Source of the DNA: Gammaproteobacteria bacterium
Lineage (GTDB): Bacteria; Pseudomonadota; Gammaproteobacteria; Ga0077554; Ga007554
Assembly: GCA_023266055.1 (NCBI GenBank)
Contig: JAHFRW010000003.1
Location: 202 to 64,201 of the forward strand
Length of the DNA stretch: 64,000 bases
Direction: 5' to 3'
Every line of letters begins with the position of its first letter. The first letter of the stretch is position 1. This document shows positions 30,004 to 39,940 of the stretch, piece after piece. The position numbers were made by a program, and so were the translations under genes. The notes beneath the pieces were generated by a model that had not been told where the DNA came from, ran no database searches, and was given only the letters and a program-made list of their open reading frames with translations.

Positions 30004-30828
30004 CTACGTTCCTATTTTTGGCGTCTGACCTGCAAGGTGGTTTTTTACATACAGGGCTGCGGAGCGAATTTCTGCATAGAACCACGGAACCTCGCATGTT
30101 GGTGTAGATGATAATTGCAGTATCTCTGCCTCAGTTTTATACAGAAAAGATACCCAGTTGTTTGTTAGCAAATTAGCCTCTGCAACAAGGAGCTTTATTT
30201 CCTCTATTGTAAATGGCGTACCTCTGTGGTGAAGCTTTACAGGAGGTGTTACCTGAAGACCAAATACACAGTACAGTATCTGAAGCCCACCCGTTGGGTC
30301 GCGGTCTGAAAGAGTAAGGTCAAATGAGTCATTACTAACGGTCATAGTAATAAGATCAATGCCGTAGGTTCCTCTATTATCTTCCTGTGGATTACCCAGG
30401 CCAAGTGCCAATGCTACATTTTCAATCGAAAATGTAGCATTGGCACTGACTGTACTCGTTCTGTTTTTCTCAATCCATGCAAGCAGTGTCTCAGAGTTTG
30501 TCTGGGAGGCTTCGGCATTAGAGGGATTAGCCCCTTGGGCAAAGATGTTTACTGAGCCGACAAATGTTTTGTTCACAATCTCGAAGAACGTTTCAAACCT
30601 CTCAGTACGGCTAAGGTGAGTAAGCGCCACGATGGGGTTGCTATCAGCGTCAAGCCCCTCTACCACCACTATGATGCATGATGTGGCGCTATCCGAGTAT
30701 AGGTATTTTTCGGGATTATTAACGTCAGGTTTATTAAGGTTTGCGATATAGTAGTTGTCTTGGTCGATATAATAAAAGCCCTCTGGTATGGGTAAATTAC
30801 GCTTCCTATCATTAAATTTAAATTTCAT
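30004..30828 (-). CDS. NTAN1-like protein N-terminal asparagine amidohydrolase homologue (Cys-His-Ser deamidase)
   Basis: PEGFYYIDQ, LYSDSATSCIIVV, ALTHLS, YGID, DRDP and ILQLSSTPTCEVPWFYAEIRS are colinear with motifs recalled from human NTAN1. Confidence 0.75.
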   Translation of the reverse strand: MKFKFNDRKRNLPIPEGFYYIDQDNYYIANLNKPDVNNPEKYLYSDSATSCIIVVVEGLDADSNPIVALTHLSRTERFETFFEIVNKTFVGSVNIFAQGANPSNAEASQTNSETLLAWIEKNRTSTVSANATFSIENVALALGLGNPQEDNRGTYGIDLITMTVSNDSFDLTLSDRDPTGGLQILYCVFGLQVTPPVKLHHRGTPFTIEEIKLLVAEANLLTNNWVSFLYKTEAEILQLSSTPTCEVPWFYAEIRSAALYVKNHLAGQTPKIGT

Positions 30829-31060
30829 CTTATTTCTCCCTTATTCGATTAAAGTAGCGTTTATGTAAGGCGGGTTCTACCCATCAGATATAGCGACCGA
30901 GATCAACCTTTCCATCAGAGCCAGCATGCCGTGTGGGTAATCTTTCAGTAATCGCTTGAATGCGTAGCAGAAGGCATCGACAGTGGCCTCTGTCGATGGT
31001 GTAGGGGCATCGTTACTCTGCGCAATGGTTTTTACCCGTGACGACTCCGGTTAGTCGTGT

Positions 31061-31196
31061 TAGGGAAGCTCTGATTTATTCCTTCATGTCATTTCGACCG
31101 CAGGGGGAAATCTTTTACCATGCTGATTTTATTGATTTTATAAGTAACAGATTTCTCGCTAATGCTCGAAATGACAAATTATTCAGAGGTTCCTTA
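31061..31196. mobile_element. Composite MITE: IS-type TIRs around a REP-like palindrome pair
   Basis: Ends TAGGGAAGCTCTGATTTATT / AATTATTCAGAGGTTCCTTA; interior TGTCATTTCGACCGCAGGGGGAAATCT ... AGATTTCTCGCTAATGCTCGAAATGACA. Confidence 0.8.
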
Positions 31197-31491
31197 GAGC
31201 ATACCGACATGCGCATGATATAGAAGATGTCGAAGTAGATTTGGATCAATGACGTGGGCTGTTACACATTTTGTCTACACGTGTGCTCCCCCGCACACCT
31301 TCCGACAAAACAGGGAAACCTCGGCTATCCGGGGGGTGCCCGCCACCGCTCGCTTTAGGCGCCTTTGAGTTTAAAACGTCCAGTTCCTATTGCAAATTGT
31401 CAAAAATGATTATATATGACCATCTTCAGCACACGATCCACCCTGCATGCAGGGGGCCGAGCTTAAAAACTCTGATCACAAAACTTTAAAA

Positions 31492-31567
31492 TGGTGCCGG
31501 CGGAGGGAATCGAACCCCCGACCTACTGATTACAAATCAGTTGCTCTACCAACTGTGCTACGCCGGC
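31492..31567 (-). tRNA. tRNA-Thr (anticodon TGT)
   Basis: Reverse complement GCCGGCGTAGCACAGTTGGTAGAGCAACTGATTTGTAATCAGTAGGTCGGGGGTTCGATTCCCTCCGCCGGCACCA; cloverleaf, TTCGA, CCA. Confidence 0.97.
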
Positions 31568-31666
31568 GGGTGCGTATGGCGAAAAATACCCGTAATATTC
31601 TCAGTATTTTATATGATGCAGTAAAGCAGTCCGCTATTTTAAGGCAAGGCGCTGCGTAAGGCAATT

Positions 31667-32161
31667 TCAATTATTGGATATTGGGTCGCATGTATGGGGT
31701 TGTTGCTGAATATTGCCAAATGTGCTGATCAGGGTTTGCCATAAGGGCTCGGATACCGGGGGGGGCGGTTGTGCGGGGTTGCTGCCTATATCCAGCCAGT
31801 GTTCGGGGTTGTCGAGCGTTCCACCGGCACGCAGGCGAGGGATGAATTGTTCCATTTCTTCTAGCAGGGTACTGGCGCGTTGGGCCTCTTGTGCGGTAAT
31901 GAATGGGCCTATCGTATAACATGGCAGGGTGGGTGCAACGGTAGCCGGGGGGGGCTGTAAAGTGTTGTCTCCTGCGGTGCTTGCATTTCCGGGGAGGGTA
32001 GTGGGACGGATTTCGCGCAATAATACCAAGGATTTGATGCTGTTGTCGGGAGGCAATGCAAGCGCGGTGGTGGAATGTGCTTCACCCGATTTCTGTACGC
32101 TGTATTGCCAGATGAAAAATCCCGTGTTTAATAGTAGTAGTAAGGCAAACAACCATCTCAT
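31667..32161 (-). CDS. Membrane-anchored SPOR-like protein following coaX
   Basis: MRWLFALLLLLN TM, SLVLLRE, CYTIGPF; birA-coaX-SPOR-tRNA arrangement. Confidence 0.75.
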   Translation of the reverse strand: MRWLFALLLLLNTGFFIWQYSVQKSGEAHSTTALALPPDNSIKSLVLLREIRPTTLPGNASTAGDNTLQPPPATVAPTLPCYTIGPFITAQEAQRASTLLEEMEQFIPRLRAGGTLDNPEHWLDIGSNPAQPPPPVSEPLWQTLISTFGNIQQQPHTCDPISNN

Positions 32162-32931
32162 TATGTATTTTCCGTAGCAAAAATGGCCAGACCTTGTAAT
32201 ACAAGTGTGGGTTCGTGGCGATACCGACCTGCCAATAATGGTAGCAGGGTCGTCGTATCGCCACCAGTGATGACGCGTGTCATGTTTTTACCTAATTCGG
32301 TGGCAAGGTCTGTCGTTACGCGGTCTATGACCGAGATGGCAGTATAAAGGGTGCCACCGTTGACACCGCCTTGTGTGTCACGCGCCAAAATGGCACAAGA
32401 TTGGTTTTCATCATCCATTTTGCCATCGATGTCCTGAGTGTTTGCCAGTAATGTGCGGCGCATCATGGTCAGGCCAGGTACAATCAATCCCCCTTGATGT
32501 TCGCCGGACGCTGTCAGAATGTCTATGGTAATGGCTGTGCCGCAATCAATCACGCACACGGGGCCTTTGACGTTACGGTGTGCGGCAATCATGGCTGCCC
32601 AGCGATCCGCCCCTAATTTTTGCGGGTCGAGATAGGCGTTGTGTATGCCACATGCTGCGTGTTGGGGGGTCATGAATTCGGTATCAATATTCCACGTTTG
32701 TCTGATCCAGCCAGACAAACTATTGGCAAAGTCAGGCCCGGCAACATTGGCGACGACTACACGAGCAGGGGGTGGTTGTGTAGACCAGTGTTGTGCAGCA
32801 AAAGCATCGAAATGGTCTTTGGTGTGTGTGTCCTGGTGTGATGCTTGCCCGGCATTATCCAGCACACCCTGGGCAAGTGTTGCCCATTTGATGCGGGTAT
32901 TTCCGGCGTCCATTACTAAAATTGTCATCAA
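32161..32931 (-). CDS. coaX: Type III pantothenate kinase
   Basis: DAGNTRIKW, LGADRW, IDCGTAITID, GGLIVPG. Confidence 0.96.
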   Translation of the reverse strand: MMTILVMDAGNTRIKWATLAQGVLDNAGQASHQDTHTKDHFDAFAAQHWSTQPPPARVVVANVAGPDFANSLSGWIRQTWNIDTEFMTPQHAACGIHNAYLDPQKLGADRWAAMIAAHRNVKGPVCVIDCGTAITIDILTASGEHQGGLIVPGLTMMRRTLLANTQDIDGKMDDENQSCAILARDTQGGVNGGTLYTAISVIDRVTTDLATELGKNMTRVITGGDTTTLLPLLAGRYRHEPTLVLQGLAIFATENT

Positions 32932-33046
32932 TATTCCTGTTCAATGCCTGCCGTTTAAGTCACAGGTGGATGTACGTAGCTGCGGTTCGCAGGTTACCTC
33001 TGATTCTCGCGCTAACAATCGAGCGGAGGTTTTGTAAATTTCTGAA

Positions 33047-34039
33047 TCAAGGTGCCAGGCGCAGGCTTACTTCGCCATAAGCGTAGTGATGTATCCCGTT
33101 GTGGTCTTCCAGTAACAATGCGCCGGAGGTATCCACGCCTCGTCCTATGCCATTGATGATGCTGTTGCCCGTCGGATTGGGCAAGTGCAACATGATGGCC
33201 TTGCCGATCGTCAGGTCGTGCTGTGCCCACTCCTGATGAAACCCGGAGAATCCTGATGATTCAAATTCTTGCAGAGCATGTATGAGGTGTTTCAAGAGTT
33301 TTGCTGCAAGTTGATTTCTTGATACGGGACGCCCTCCCAATGCGGTTTCCAGATCGGCCCATGGCTGATCTATGGCCTGCATTGCGGTAGAGTGCATACG
33401 CACATTGATGCCCACACCTATCACGACAGCACAGGGGCCTGACATCTCACCACTCATTTCCAGCAGGATGCCCGCCAATTTACGGTTTTGCCATAAAATA
33501 TCATTGGGCCATTTCAGGCCGGTGTCAGCTAAGCCTTCTTCGTGCAGGACACGATGGAGTGCTACACCAATGGCGAGTCCCAGGCCAGATAAGGATACCG
33601 CATTGAGTGTGAACCGCCATAGCAGAGAGAGGTAGATATTGGCACCAAATGGGGATACCCAAACCCGGTTGCGTCGACCGCGTCCTGCCTGTTGGTGCTC
33701 GGCCAGACACGCCTGTCCGGACGGTGCGCCGAGTCGTGCCTTGTTCATCAGGTAGCGGTTAGTGGAATCAATGTCCTGATGGATTTCGATGCCGGTCAAC
33801 GCACGCGCCGTGGCGGAGGGCAAGGCGTTGAGGATAAGGTCGCGCTCCAATAATTCCAGGGGCTGCGCCAGGCGATACCCCTTGCCAGGTACGGCATGCA
33901 GGTCGATGCCCCATTCGCTCAGTGCATGCAGATGTTTCCATACGGCACTGCGCCCTATGCCTAATACAGACCCCAGTGCTTCACCCGAATGAAACTGACC
34001 ATCTGCAAGAATGCGAAGAAGTTGAGAACGTTGCTGCAT
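33047..34039 (-). CDS. birA: Bifunctional biotin ligase/repressor
   Basis: N-terminal HTH FHSGEALG, DSTN, GRGRR, KWPND, KLAGIL. Confidence 0.97.
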   Translation of the reverse strand: MQQRSQLLRILADGQFHSGEALGSVLGIGRSAVWKHLHALSEWGIDLHAVPGKGYRLAQPLELLERDLILNALPSATARALTGIEIHQDIDSTNRYLMNKARLGAPSGQACLAEHQQAGRGRRNRVWVSPFGANIYLSLLWRFTLNAVSLSGLGLAIGVALHRVLHEEGLADTGLKWPNDILWQNRKLAGILLEMSGEMSGPCAVVIGVGINVRMHSTAMQAIDQPWADLETALGGRPVSRNQLAAKLLKHLIHALQEFESSGFSGFHQEWAQHDLTIGKAIMLHLPNPTGNSIINGIGRGVDTSGALLLEDHNGIHHYAYGEVSLRLAP

Positions 34040-34145
34040 GGGGTTATTTTATCAGAATTCGTTCGTCAGGAGTGTACACATACCGTTGCCGGTGACATGA
34101 ACGCGGTATATGAAAGACAGGATGCCGGAGATGCTGAGGTTTTGT

Positions 34146-35438
34146 TTATCCCATCCATTCATATACAATCTTTCCACCCAGCAGGGTGTGAGTTACCTTG
34201 CCTTTGAATTCCCAATCCATAAAGGGTGTATTTTTCCCACGACTTAGCAGGGTTTTAGCCGTTAAGGTCCAATAGTGGTTTGGATCAAAGATGCAAATAT
34301 CGGCATTTGCACCAATACTCAAAGTGCCTGCATGAATGCCCAGGATCTTGGCAGGTTGATGAGTCAGGCAGGCAATGGTATCACTCAGGCTTAATATATC
34401 TTCATCGACCAGCCGCAAGCTGAGTGGCAGTAGTGTTTCAAGTGCAGATATGCCAGGCTCTGTGGCACTGAAGGGCGCAAGTTTGGCATCGCGTTCGTGT
34501 GGCTGATGATCGGAGCAGATGGCCGTAATCGTGCCACGCGCAAGGCTGGCGCGCAGGCCATCACGGTCACGCTGGGTTCTCAGCGGTGGTGTAATATGGC
34601 ATTGACTGTTGAAATCACTCACGTCCATCTCTGTGAGATAGAGATGATGAGCACTGACGTCGGCACTGATGGGCAGGCCTTCGTAACGTGCACGTGCTAC
34701 CATGCGTGCAGCGCGTGCCGTGGATAAGCGACAGAAATGGGCGCGTACGCCCGTTTGTTCGATAAGTATCAGATCACGTGCTACGGCAGCAATTTCGGCA
34801 GATTCAGGAATACCAGGCAGACCAAGGCGTGTGCTGACCATCCCTTCGTGCATGCAGCCCTGGTTGCGCAACCAGTAATCTTCCGGGTTTAAAAACACGG
34901 TAAGATTCTGGGTGGCGGCATATTCCATGGCGCAGCGTAACACGTGAGCGTTGTTGATGTGGCGTGACGCGTTGTTGACACCCGCACAGCCGGCTTCCTT
35001 GAGTGCCGCCATTTCACTGATATGTTCACTTTTCAAACCTTGCGTCAATGCACCGAGCGGTACTACGTGTGCATAGCCGGCGGCTATGGCGCGATTACGA
35101 ATCAGTGAGGCGACGGCAGGCGTATCGATAATGGGCGCGGTATCGGGAGGGCAGCATAAGGTGGTAATGCCGCCGCTGGCGGCTGCACGTGTTTCACTGG
35201 CGATGGTGGCCTTGTGTTCATGGCCGGGTTCACGCAATCGTGCGCTGAGATCGACCAATCCTGGAATGCAGATCTGATTTTCGGCGTCTATTTCACGGTC
35301 GGCAGTGAAGTCACGTGATGCGCTACCCAGGGATGGGCCAATGGCGTGAATCACACCATTGGCAATACAGATATCCTGCACACTATCAATTGAGTTGGCG
35401 GGGTCAATAACACGACCGTTGATAATACGCAAGCGCAT
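34146..35438 (-). CDS. pyrC: Dihydroorotase-like protein, probably non-catalytic PyrC' subunit of aspartate transcarbamoylase
   Basis: Dihydroorotase fold, but DLSARLREPG replaces the metal-binding DxHxHxREPG; follows pyrB. Confidence 0.9.
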   Translation of the reverse strand: MRLRIINGRVIDPANSIDSVQDICIANGVIHAIGPSLGSASRDFTADREIDAENQICIPGLVDLSARLREPGHEHKATIASETRAAASGGITTLCCPPDTAPIIDTPAVASLIRNRAIAAGYAHVVPLGALTQGLKSEHISEMAALKEAGCAGVNNASRHINNAHVLRCAMEYAATQNLTVFLNPEDYWLRNQGCMHEGMVSTRLGLPGIPESAEIAAVARDLILIEQTGVRAHFCRLSTARAARMVARARYEGLPISADVSAHHLYLTEMDVSDFNSQCHITPPLRTQRDRDGLRASLARGTITAICSDHQPHERDAKLAPFSATEPGISALETLLPLSLRLVDEDILSLSDTIACLTHQPAKILGIHAGTLSIGANADICIFDPNHYWTLTAKTLLSRGKNTPFMDWEFKGKVTHTLLGGKIVYEWMG

Positions 35439-36430
35439 CAGTTGATTTCTCCTTCGGGGTTGGATCTGCTGGATGTCTGGGCAGACAGTACCATTGACAT
35501 GATTGCCATGCGCACGGCGATACCATGTGTGACCTGCTCGAGAATGACGGAGCGTGGCCCATCTGCGATTGATGAATCTATTTCAACGCCGCGATTAATG
35601 GGGCCGGGATGCATCACGATGGCGTCCGGTTTGGCATAAGCCAGTTTTTCTTCAGTTAATCCGTAAAGGCGGAAGTATTCATGTTCGCTGGGCAGCAATG
35701 CCCCCTTCATGCGCTCATGTTGTAGACGCAACATTATAACGACATCCACATCACGTAAACCTTCACGCAAATCATGATAAACATGTACGCCCAGAGTTTC
35801 TGCTTCACATGGAATAAGTGTTTCCGGGCCAATAACCCGTACTTCGTTGACGCCCAGCGTGGTCAGCGCATGAATTTGTGAGCGTGCGACACGTGAATGC
35901 AGAATATCACCGACAATGGCCACCGTCAGTTGTGAAAATTCTTTTTTGTGGCGGCGAATGGTGAACATATCCAGCATTGCCTGGGTAGGATGTGCGTGGC
36001 AACCATCACCAGCATTCAGGATGCTGATGTGGGGAGCGACGTGTTGCGCAATGAAGTGAGCAGCACCTCCGCGATCATGCCGTACCACGAACATGTCGCA
36101 GTGCATGGCTTGCAGATTATGCAGCGTGTCGAGCAGAGTTTCACCCTTGCTGGTGGCAGAGGCTGTAACGTTGATATTCAGCACGTCCGCAGAGAGTCGT
36201 TTAGCGGCCAGCTCAAACGTGGTGCGGGTACGCGTGCTGGGCTCAAAGAATAAATTAACGACGGTCTTGCCACGTAACAGAGGTACTTTCTTGATGCTTT
36301 GTGTCGTAACGCCAGAGAAGGATTCAGCCGTGTCGAGTATATCTATCAGAAGTTGGCGTTTTAATCCTTCAATAGTGAGAAAGTGCTTCAGGCAGCCATT
36401 TTTATCGAATTGTATGTTGTAATATGTCAT
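35438..36430 (-). CDS. pyrB: Aspartate carbamoyltransferase catalytic subunit
   Basis: [24 protein letters not shown]. Confidence 0.97.
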   Translation of the reverse strand: MTYYNIQFDKNGCLKHFLTIEGLKRQLLIDILDTAESFSGVTTQSIKKVPLLRGKTVVNLFFEPSTRTRTTFELAAKRLSADVLNINVTASATSKGETLLDTLHNLQAMHCDMFVVRHDRGGAAHFIAQHVAPHISILNAGDGCHAHPTQAMLDMFTIRRHKKEFSQLTVAIVGDILHSRVARSQIHALTTLGVNEVRVIGPETLIPCEAETLGVHVYHDLREGLRDVDVVIMLRLQHERMKGALLPSEHEYFRLYGLTEEKLAYAKPDAIVMHPGPINRGVEIDSSIADGPRSVILEQVTHGIAVRMAIMSMVLSAQTSSRSNPEGEIN

Positions 36431-36446
36431 GTTTTTGTTGAGCTTG

Positions 36447-36950
36447 TCAGGTATTTTTGAAATGTAATGCCAAAGGTTGGGGCCCGGTGAGTTTAATGTG
36501 TGTGTCGGTCAGGAGATCCATGCGTTGTCCGATAATATCTGCCTGAATGGGTAGTTCGCGCCCGTTACGATCGATCAGTACGGCAAGTGTAATGGCGGCG
36601 GGGCGGCCATAATCAAAAATTTCATTGAAGGCTGCGCGAATGGTGCGACCTGTGTACAGTACATCGTCCACCAAGATGATGTGATGATCATCGACATTGA
36701 AGGGTAGGTGTGAGGGCTTCACCTGCGGATTGATGCCAATACGTACAAAATCGTCACGGTAGAACGAAATATCCAGACTGCCTAAAGGTTGTTGCAGGCC
36801 AAGCAAGGCATGTAAACGTTCTGCAACCCATACGCCACCACTGTGTATGCCGACCATGGCAGGATCCTTTACATGATGTGCATCTAACCGTGTTCTGAGG
36901 TTTTCTGCCATTTCAAGGAGAAGTTGTTCGACATCAGGAAGTGGAGTCAT
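36447..36950 (-). CDS. pyrR: PyrR pyrimidine regulator/UPRTase
   Basis: [32 protein letters not shown]; ATG 36950 overlaps the ruvX stop. Confidence 0.94.
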   Translation of the reverse strand: MTPLPDVEQLLLEMAENLRTRLDAHHVKDPAMVGIHSGGVWVAERLHALLGLQQPLGSLDISFYRDDFVRIGINPQVKPSHLPFNVDDHHIILVDDVLYTGRTIRAAFNEIFDYGRPAAITLAVLIDRNGRELPIQADIIGQRMDLLTDTHIKLTGPQPLALHFKNT

Positions 36951-37423
36951 TGTGATACCTGCTGTTGGGTGCGCTGCTCGGTGAACCATGTTTCCAGGAT
37001 AATTTGCGCGGCCATACAATCAATTTTCTGCTTGCTGGATTGAGTGTGTGGGTTCGCGCGCTGTTTGCGCGATTTTTTACCTGGGATTGTGGCAATCTGT
37101 TGTGCGGCCAATGATGATAGCCGTTCGTCAATCATATGCACGGGCAGATTATAACGCTGCTGCAGGTGCATGCCAAAGTCCCGTGCGGCGCGTGTCATAT
37201 CGTGTTCTGTGCCATCCAGATTGGAAGGCAGGCCGACGATCAGTGCATCAGGTCGCCAACTGTTCACCAGGCGCGTGATGAGCGCCCAGTCCGGTATTGT
37301 ATCAACCACGCGTGCTGCTTCAAGTGCCGTGGTAGTCGCCGTTAAGTCTTGGCCCGCAGCGATGCCGATTCGTTTCATTCCAAAGTCGAAACCGAGAAAT
37401 GTACGGGGGCGCGCAGTCATCAT
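36947..37423 (-). CDS. ruvX: YqgF/RuvX pre-16S rRNA nuclease
   Basis: LGFDFGMKRIGIA, IVGLP, DERLSS, IDCMAAQIILE; start uncertain. Confidence 0.93.
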   Translation of the reverse strand: MMTARPRTFLGFDFGMKRIGIAAGQDLTATTTALEAARVVDTIPDWALITRLVNSWRPDALIVGLPSNLDGTEHDMTRAARDFGMHLQQRYNLPVHMIDERLSSLAAQQIATIPGKKSRKQRANPHTQSSKQKIDCMAAQIILETWFTEQRTQQQVSQ

Positions 37424-37469
37424 CACTTGTGGCCCTGTGTTGAGCATGGCCAACGTTGTACGCACCTGT

Positions 37470-38030
37470 TCACGCGTGACCGATGTCACTGGAAAGCCGG
37501 TTTAGATCTACACCTGTTAATGCCGCTGCTGCATGCCAGCGTTGTTCACTGGGCAGATCAAATAATACAGAAGTGTTCGCGGGTGCATTCAGCCAGTGGT
37601 TATCGGCGAGTTCTGCTTCGAGTTGCCCTGGACCCCATGCGGCATAACCCAGCGCGATTAACGTGTGTTTGGGGCCATTGCCACGTGCAATAGCTTCCAG
37701 AATATCACGCGAACTGGCAATGCCGACATTTGAGACTTTCAACACGCTGTCCCATGATCCTATAGGGGTGTGAATGACAAAGCCGCGCTCACGTTGCAGT
37801 GGCCCGCCAAGAAATATCGGTCGATTCAGAATGGTTGGTGTCTGAGTGTCGATATTCATATGCTGTAATACTTCGCCAAGCTGAATGTCCAGGGGATGGT
37901 TAATGACAATGCCCAAGGCACCTTCCTGACTATGTTCGCAAATATACGTAACGCTTTGGGAAAAGTCCGGGTCTGCCAGAGAAGGCATGGCAATAAGGAA
38001 CTGATTGGTCAGTGAGAGGTTTTCGCTCAT
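37470..38030 (-). CDS. yqgE: YqgE/AlgH family protein
   Basis: FLIAMP, YICEH, GGPL, LGYAAWGPGQLE. Confidence 0.95.
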   Translation of the reverse strand: MSENLSLTNQFLIAMPSLADPDFSQSVTYICEHSQEGALGIVINHPLDIQLGEVLQHMNIDTQTPTILNRPIFLGGPLQRERGFVIHTPIGSWDSVLKVSNVGIASSRDILEAIARGNGPKHTLIALGYAAWGPGQLEAELADNHWLNAPANTSVLFDLPSEQRWHAAAALTGVDLNRLSSDIGHA

Positions 38031-38089
38031 GGGGATAGTATCATGCACAATGGTACCCAGTGACAAGGGGGGAGGCGAATAAGCGGTGG

Positions 38090-38998
38090 TTATTGGTCGG
38101 TAACTAATCGGTTATTCTCAAGAAATTGCCAGGTACGGATAATATGCAGAATATCAGTTTCCTTGCGCATCTCCAGAGGCAGCTGGCTGAAGGGGGCGGC
38201 CTGGTTCACAATACGGATAGCGGCATCATCCAGTACTTTGTGCCCGGACGAACGACGTACGCTGATATCATTAACACTGCCGTCATGATTGAGGGCGACA
38301 TCCAGCAGTAAACTGCCCGCGATATTACGGCGGCGTGCTTCTTCAGGATAGTTGAGGTTGCCAATCATTTCGATCTTGGCCTGCCAGGCAGCCATGTAGG
38401 CCGCATCACGGAACTCTGCAGTGCGTGCCGAAATGAAACGGTGTTTCGGTCGCCGTGCGTAGGCTTGCATGGAACTGTTTAATTCGGCGCTGAGCCTGGC
38501 TATTTCCAGGCTACGCATTACCATGTCAGCACTCTCGGGAGTTTCTGTGGGTGTTGAAGCGGGTGCGATCTCTGATGTGACTTTTTGTTGTGGGTTATGC
38601 AGAGTAGTGATTTGCATGGGAGCAGGCGTCGCCGCCGGTGGAGTGGCGCCTGAGAATTTGGTAACAGGCGCCCCTCCTGCCAGTGGGCGGGACGTTGCGG
38701 GTGCCGTTGGCTGTGAAGTGGGCTTGTGAGGAGTATCCTGATTACCGCCGCCTTCCTGATGCGCCTGTGCCAGAAAATCCGGGTTAGTGATCTTTTTGGC
38801 GCCAGGGTTGGTTGCCAGAATAATTTCGAGAGTGGGTTGATCATTGGCCGGTTTTTCATCGGGTGCGATGAAGGTAATGCCAAGAATGATCAGCGCGTGG
38901 ATGACAACCGCAAAAAACAGTGTCAAACCCAGGCGGTCAGTGGAGGTGATCGCCGGGGTGGCTGAATTCATGATGGATGATGAAGCAACAGCAGTCAT
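38090..38998 (-). CDS. tonB: TonB-family energy transducer (TonB3-like)
   Basis: N-terminal TM with His, Pro-rich linker, GNLNYPEEA...SSGHKVLDDAA...IIRTWQF. Confidence 0.9.
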   Translation of the reverse strand: MTAVASSSIMNSATPAITSTDRLGLTLFFAVVIHALIILGITFIAPDEKPANDQPTLEIILATNPGAKKITNPDFLAQAHQEGGGNQDTPHKPTSQPTAPATSRPLAGGAPVTKFSGATPPAATPAPMQITTLHNPQQKVTSEIAPASTPTETPESADMVMRSLEIARLSAELNSSMQAYARRPKHRFISARTAEFRDAAYMAAWQAKIEMIGNLNYPEEARRRNIAGSLLLDVALNHDGSVNDISVRRSSGHKVLDDAAIRIVNQAAPFSQLPLEMRKETDILHIIRTWQFLENNRLVTDQ

Positions 38999-39002
38999 GT
39001 AC

Positions 39003-39578
39003 TTAACGCACCGGAGATTGACGAGGCTGATTTAAAGAACGCCCTAAAATCAGGTGTGCAATAAACCCACTAATTATACCAAAAATCACTGCGGCTGTCA
39101 TCAGCACGGGCAGCAAGTGAAATAGTGCATCGTGTGGAATAAACAGCAGATAGGCGGTATAAAATTGCCCGGCCATATGCGCCATGGCAGCCAGTACACT
39201 GTAGCCTATCGGGCCAAAGCCTGAGCCACCCGAACCAATAGTCCCGGTGCCTTGTTTGCGTCCCGACAGAGGTAGCCAGCTCGCCACACGCAACACCATA
39301 ATACTGGATATCGCTCCTGCCAGACTCAAAATAAAAGTGGGAGAGAGAAAGCTGCCTACCAGTACACTGCCTACCAGCACACGCAACAGATTGACCCATG
39401 CTGCGGTAGACCAGCCAAATTGGATCAGCGTTAGAATGGTAATGATATTTGCCAGGCCCGGTTTGACGCCAGGGATCGGACTGGGCAGGGTGCTTTCCAC
39501 GATATGCAGGGTAATGGCCAACGCCGCAAGCCAGGCAATGCGATGATCTTCACGAGTGGTGAGCAGGGCGAGTGACAT
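39003..39578 (-). CDS. Gx transporter / heptaprenyl diphosphate synthase component I family membrane protein
   Basis: ESTLPSPIPGVKPGLANI, AMAHMAGQ. Confidence 0.88.
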   Translation of the reverse strand: MSLALLTTREDHRIAWLAALAITLHIVESTLPSPIPGVKPGLANIITILTLIQFGWSTAAWVNLLRVLVGSVLVGSFLSPTFILSLAGAISSIMVLRVASWLPLSGRKQGTGTIGSGGSGFGPIGYSVLAAMAHMAGQFYTAYLLFIPHDALFHLLPVLMTAAVIFGIISGFIAHLILGRSLNQPRQSPVR

Positions 39579-39580
39579 TT

Positions 39581-39940
39581 TTAAAATACGATGCTGTCAT
39601 AACGTTGTTCCTGGGCGATCACCGCAATGCTCACCCGATTTGGCAGGCACGCCGCGAATTCACCCCCTTGACCCAGCCAGCCAGTGTGCACACACTGCTT
39701 TCCCCGGCAGGGTGAGCTGACAAAACGTGCCTTGCCGTCATGAATATCAATCACACTGGCGCCTAATGGGCCCGGTACTGTAATGTGTTTGTTTTCGTGC
39801 AATGAGAGTACCATTGTTTCCTTGCCATTCACCATGACGCGCAGCTCGTTTCCCTGTTGAGATGATCCCCAATAGGTTATGTAAAGAAATGGCAGTAACG
39901 CGACGGCGAGTATCACCACTACTATATCGGCACGTGTCAT
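39581..39940 (-). CDS. NusG domain II (DUF1312)-containing membrane-anchored protein
   Basis: N-terminal TM, SSPCRGKQCVHTGW, ACLPNRV. Confidence 0.88.
   Translation of the reverse strand: MTRADIVVVILAVALLPFLYITYWGSSQQGNELRVMVNGKETMVLSLHENKHITVPGPLGASVIDIHDGKARFVSSPCRGKQCVHTGWLGQGGEFAACLPNRVSIAVIAQEQRYDSIVF

Noticed and set aside
30876-31040. Short open frame upstream of the NTAN1-like gene
   Set aside because: No clear start or recognisable motif; it may be a remnant cut by the MITE but cannot be supported
28900-31567. Intact prophage or integrative element at tRNA-Thr
   Set aside because: No integrase and no duplicate of the tRNA 3' end was found by eye
39220-39280. Gly-rich insert in the Gx protein as another repeat copy
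   Set aside because: Similarity to the repeat units is too weak to claim
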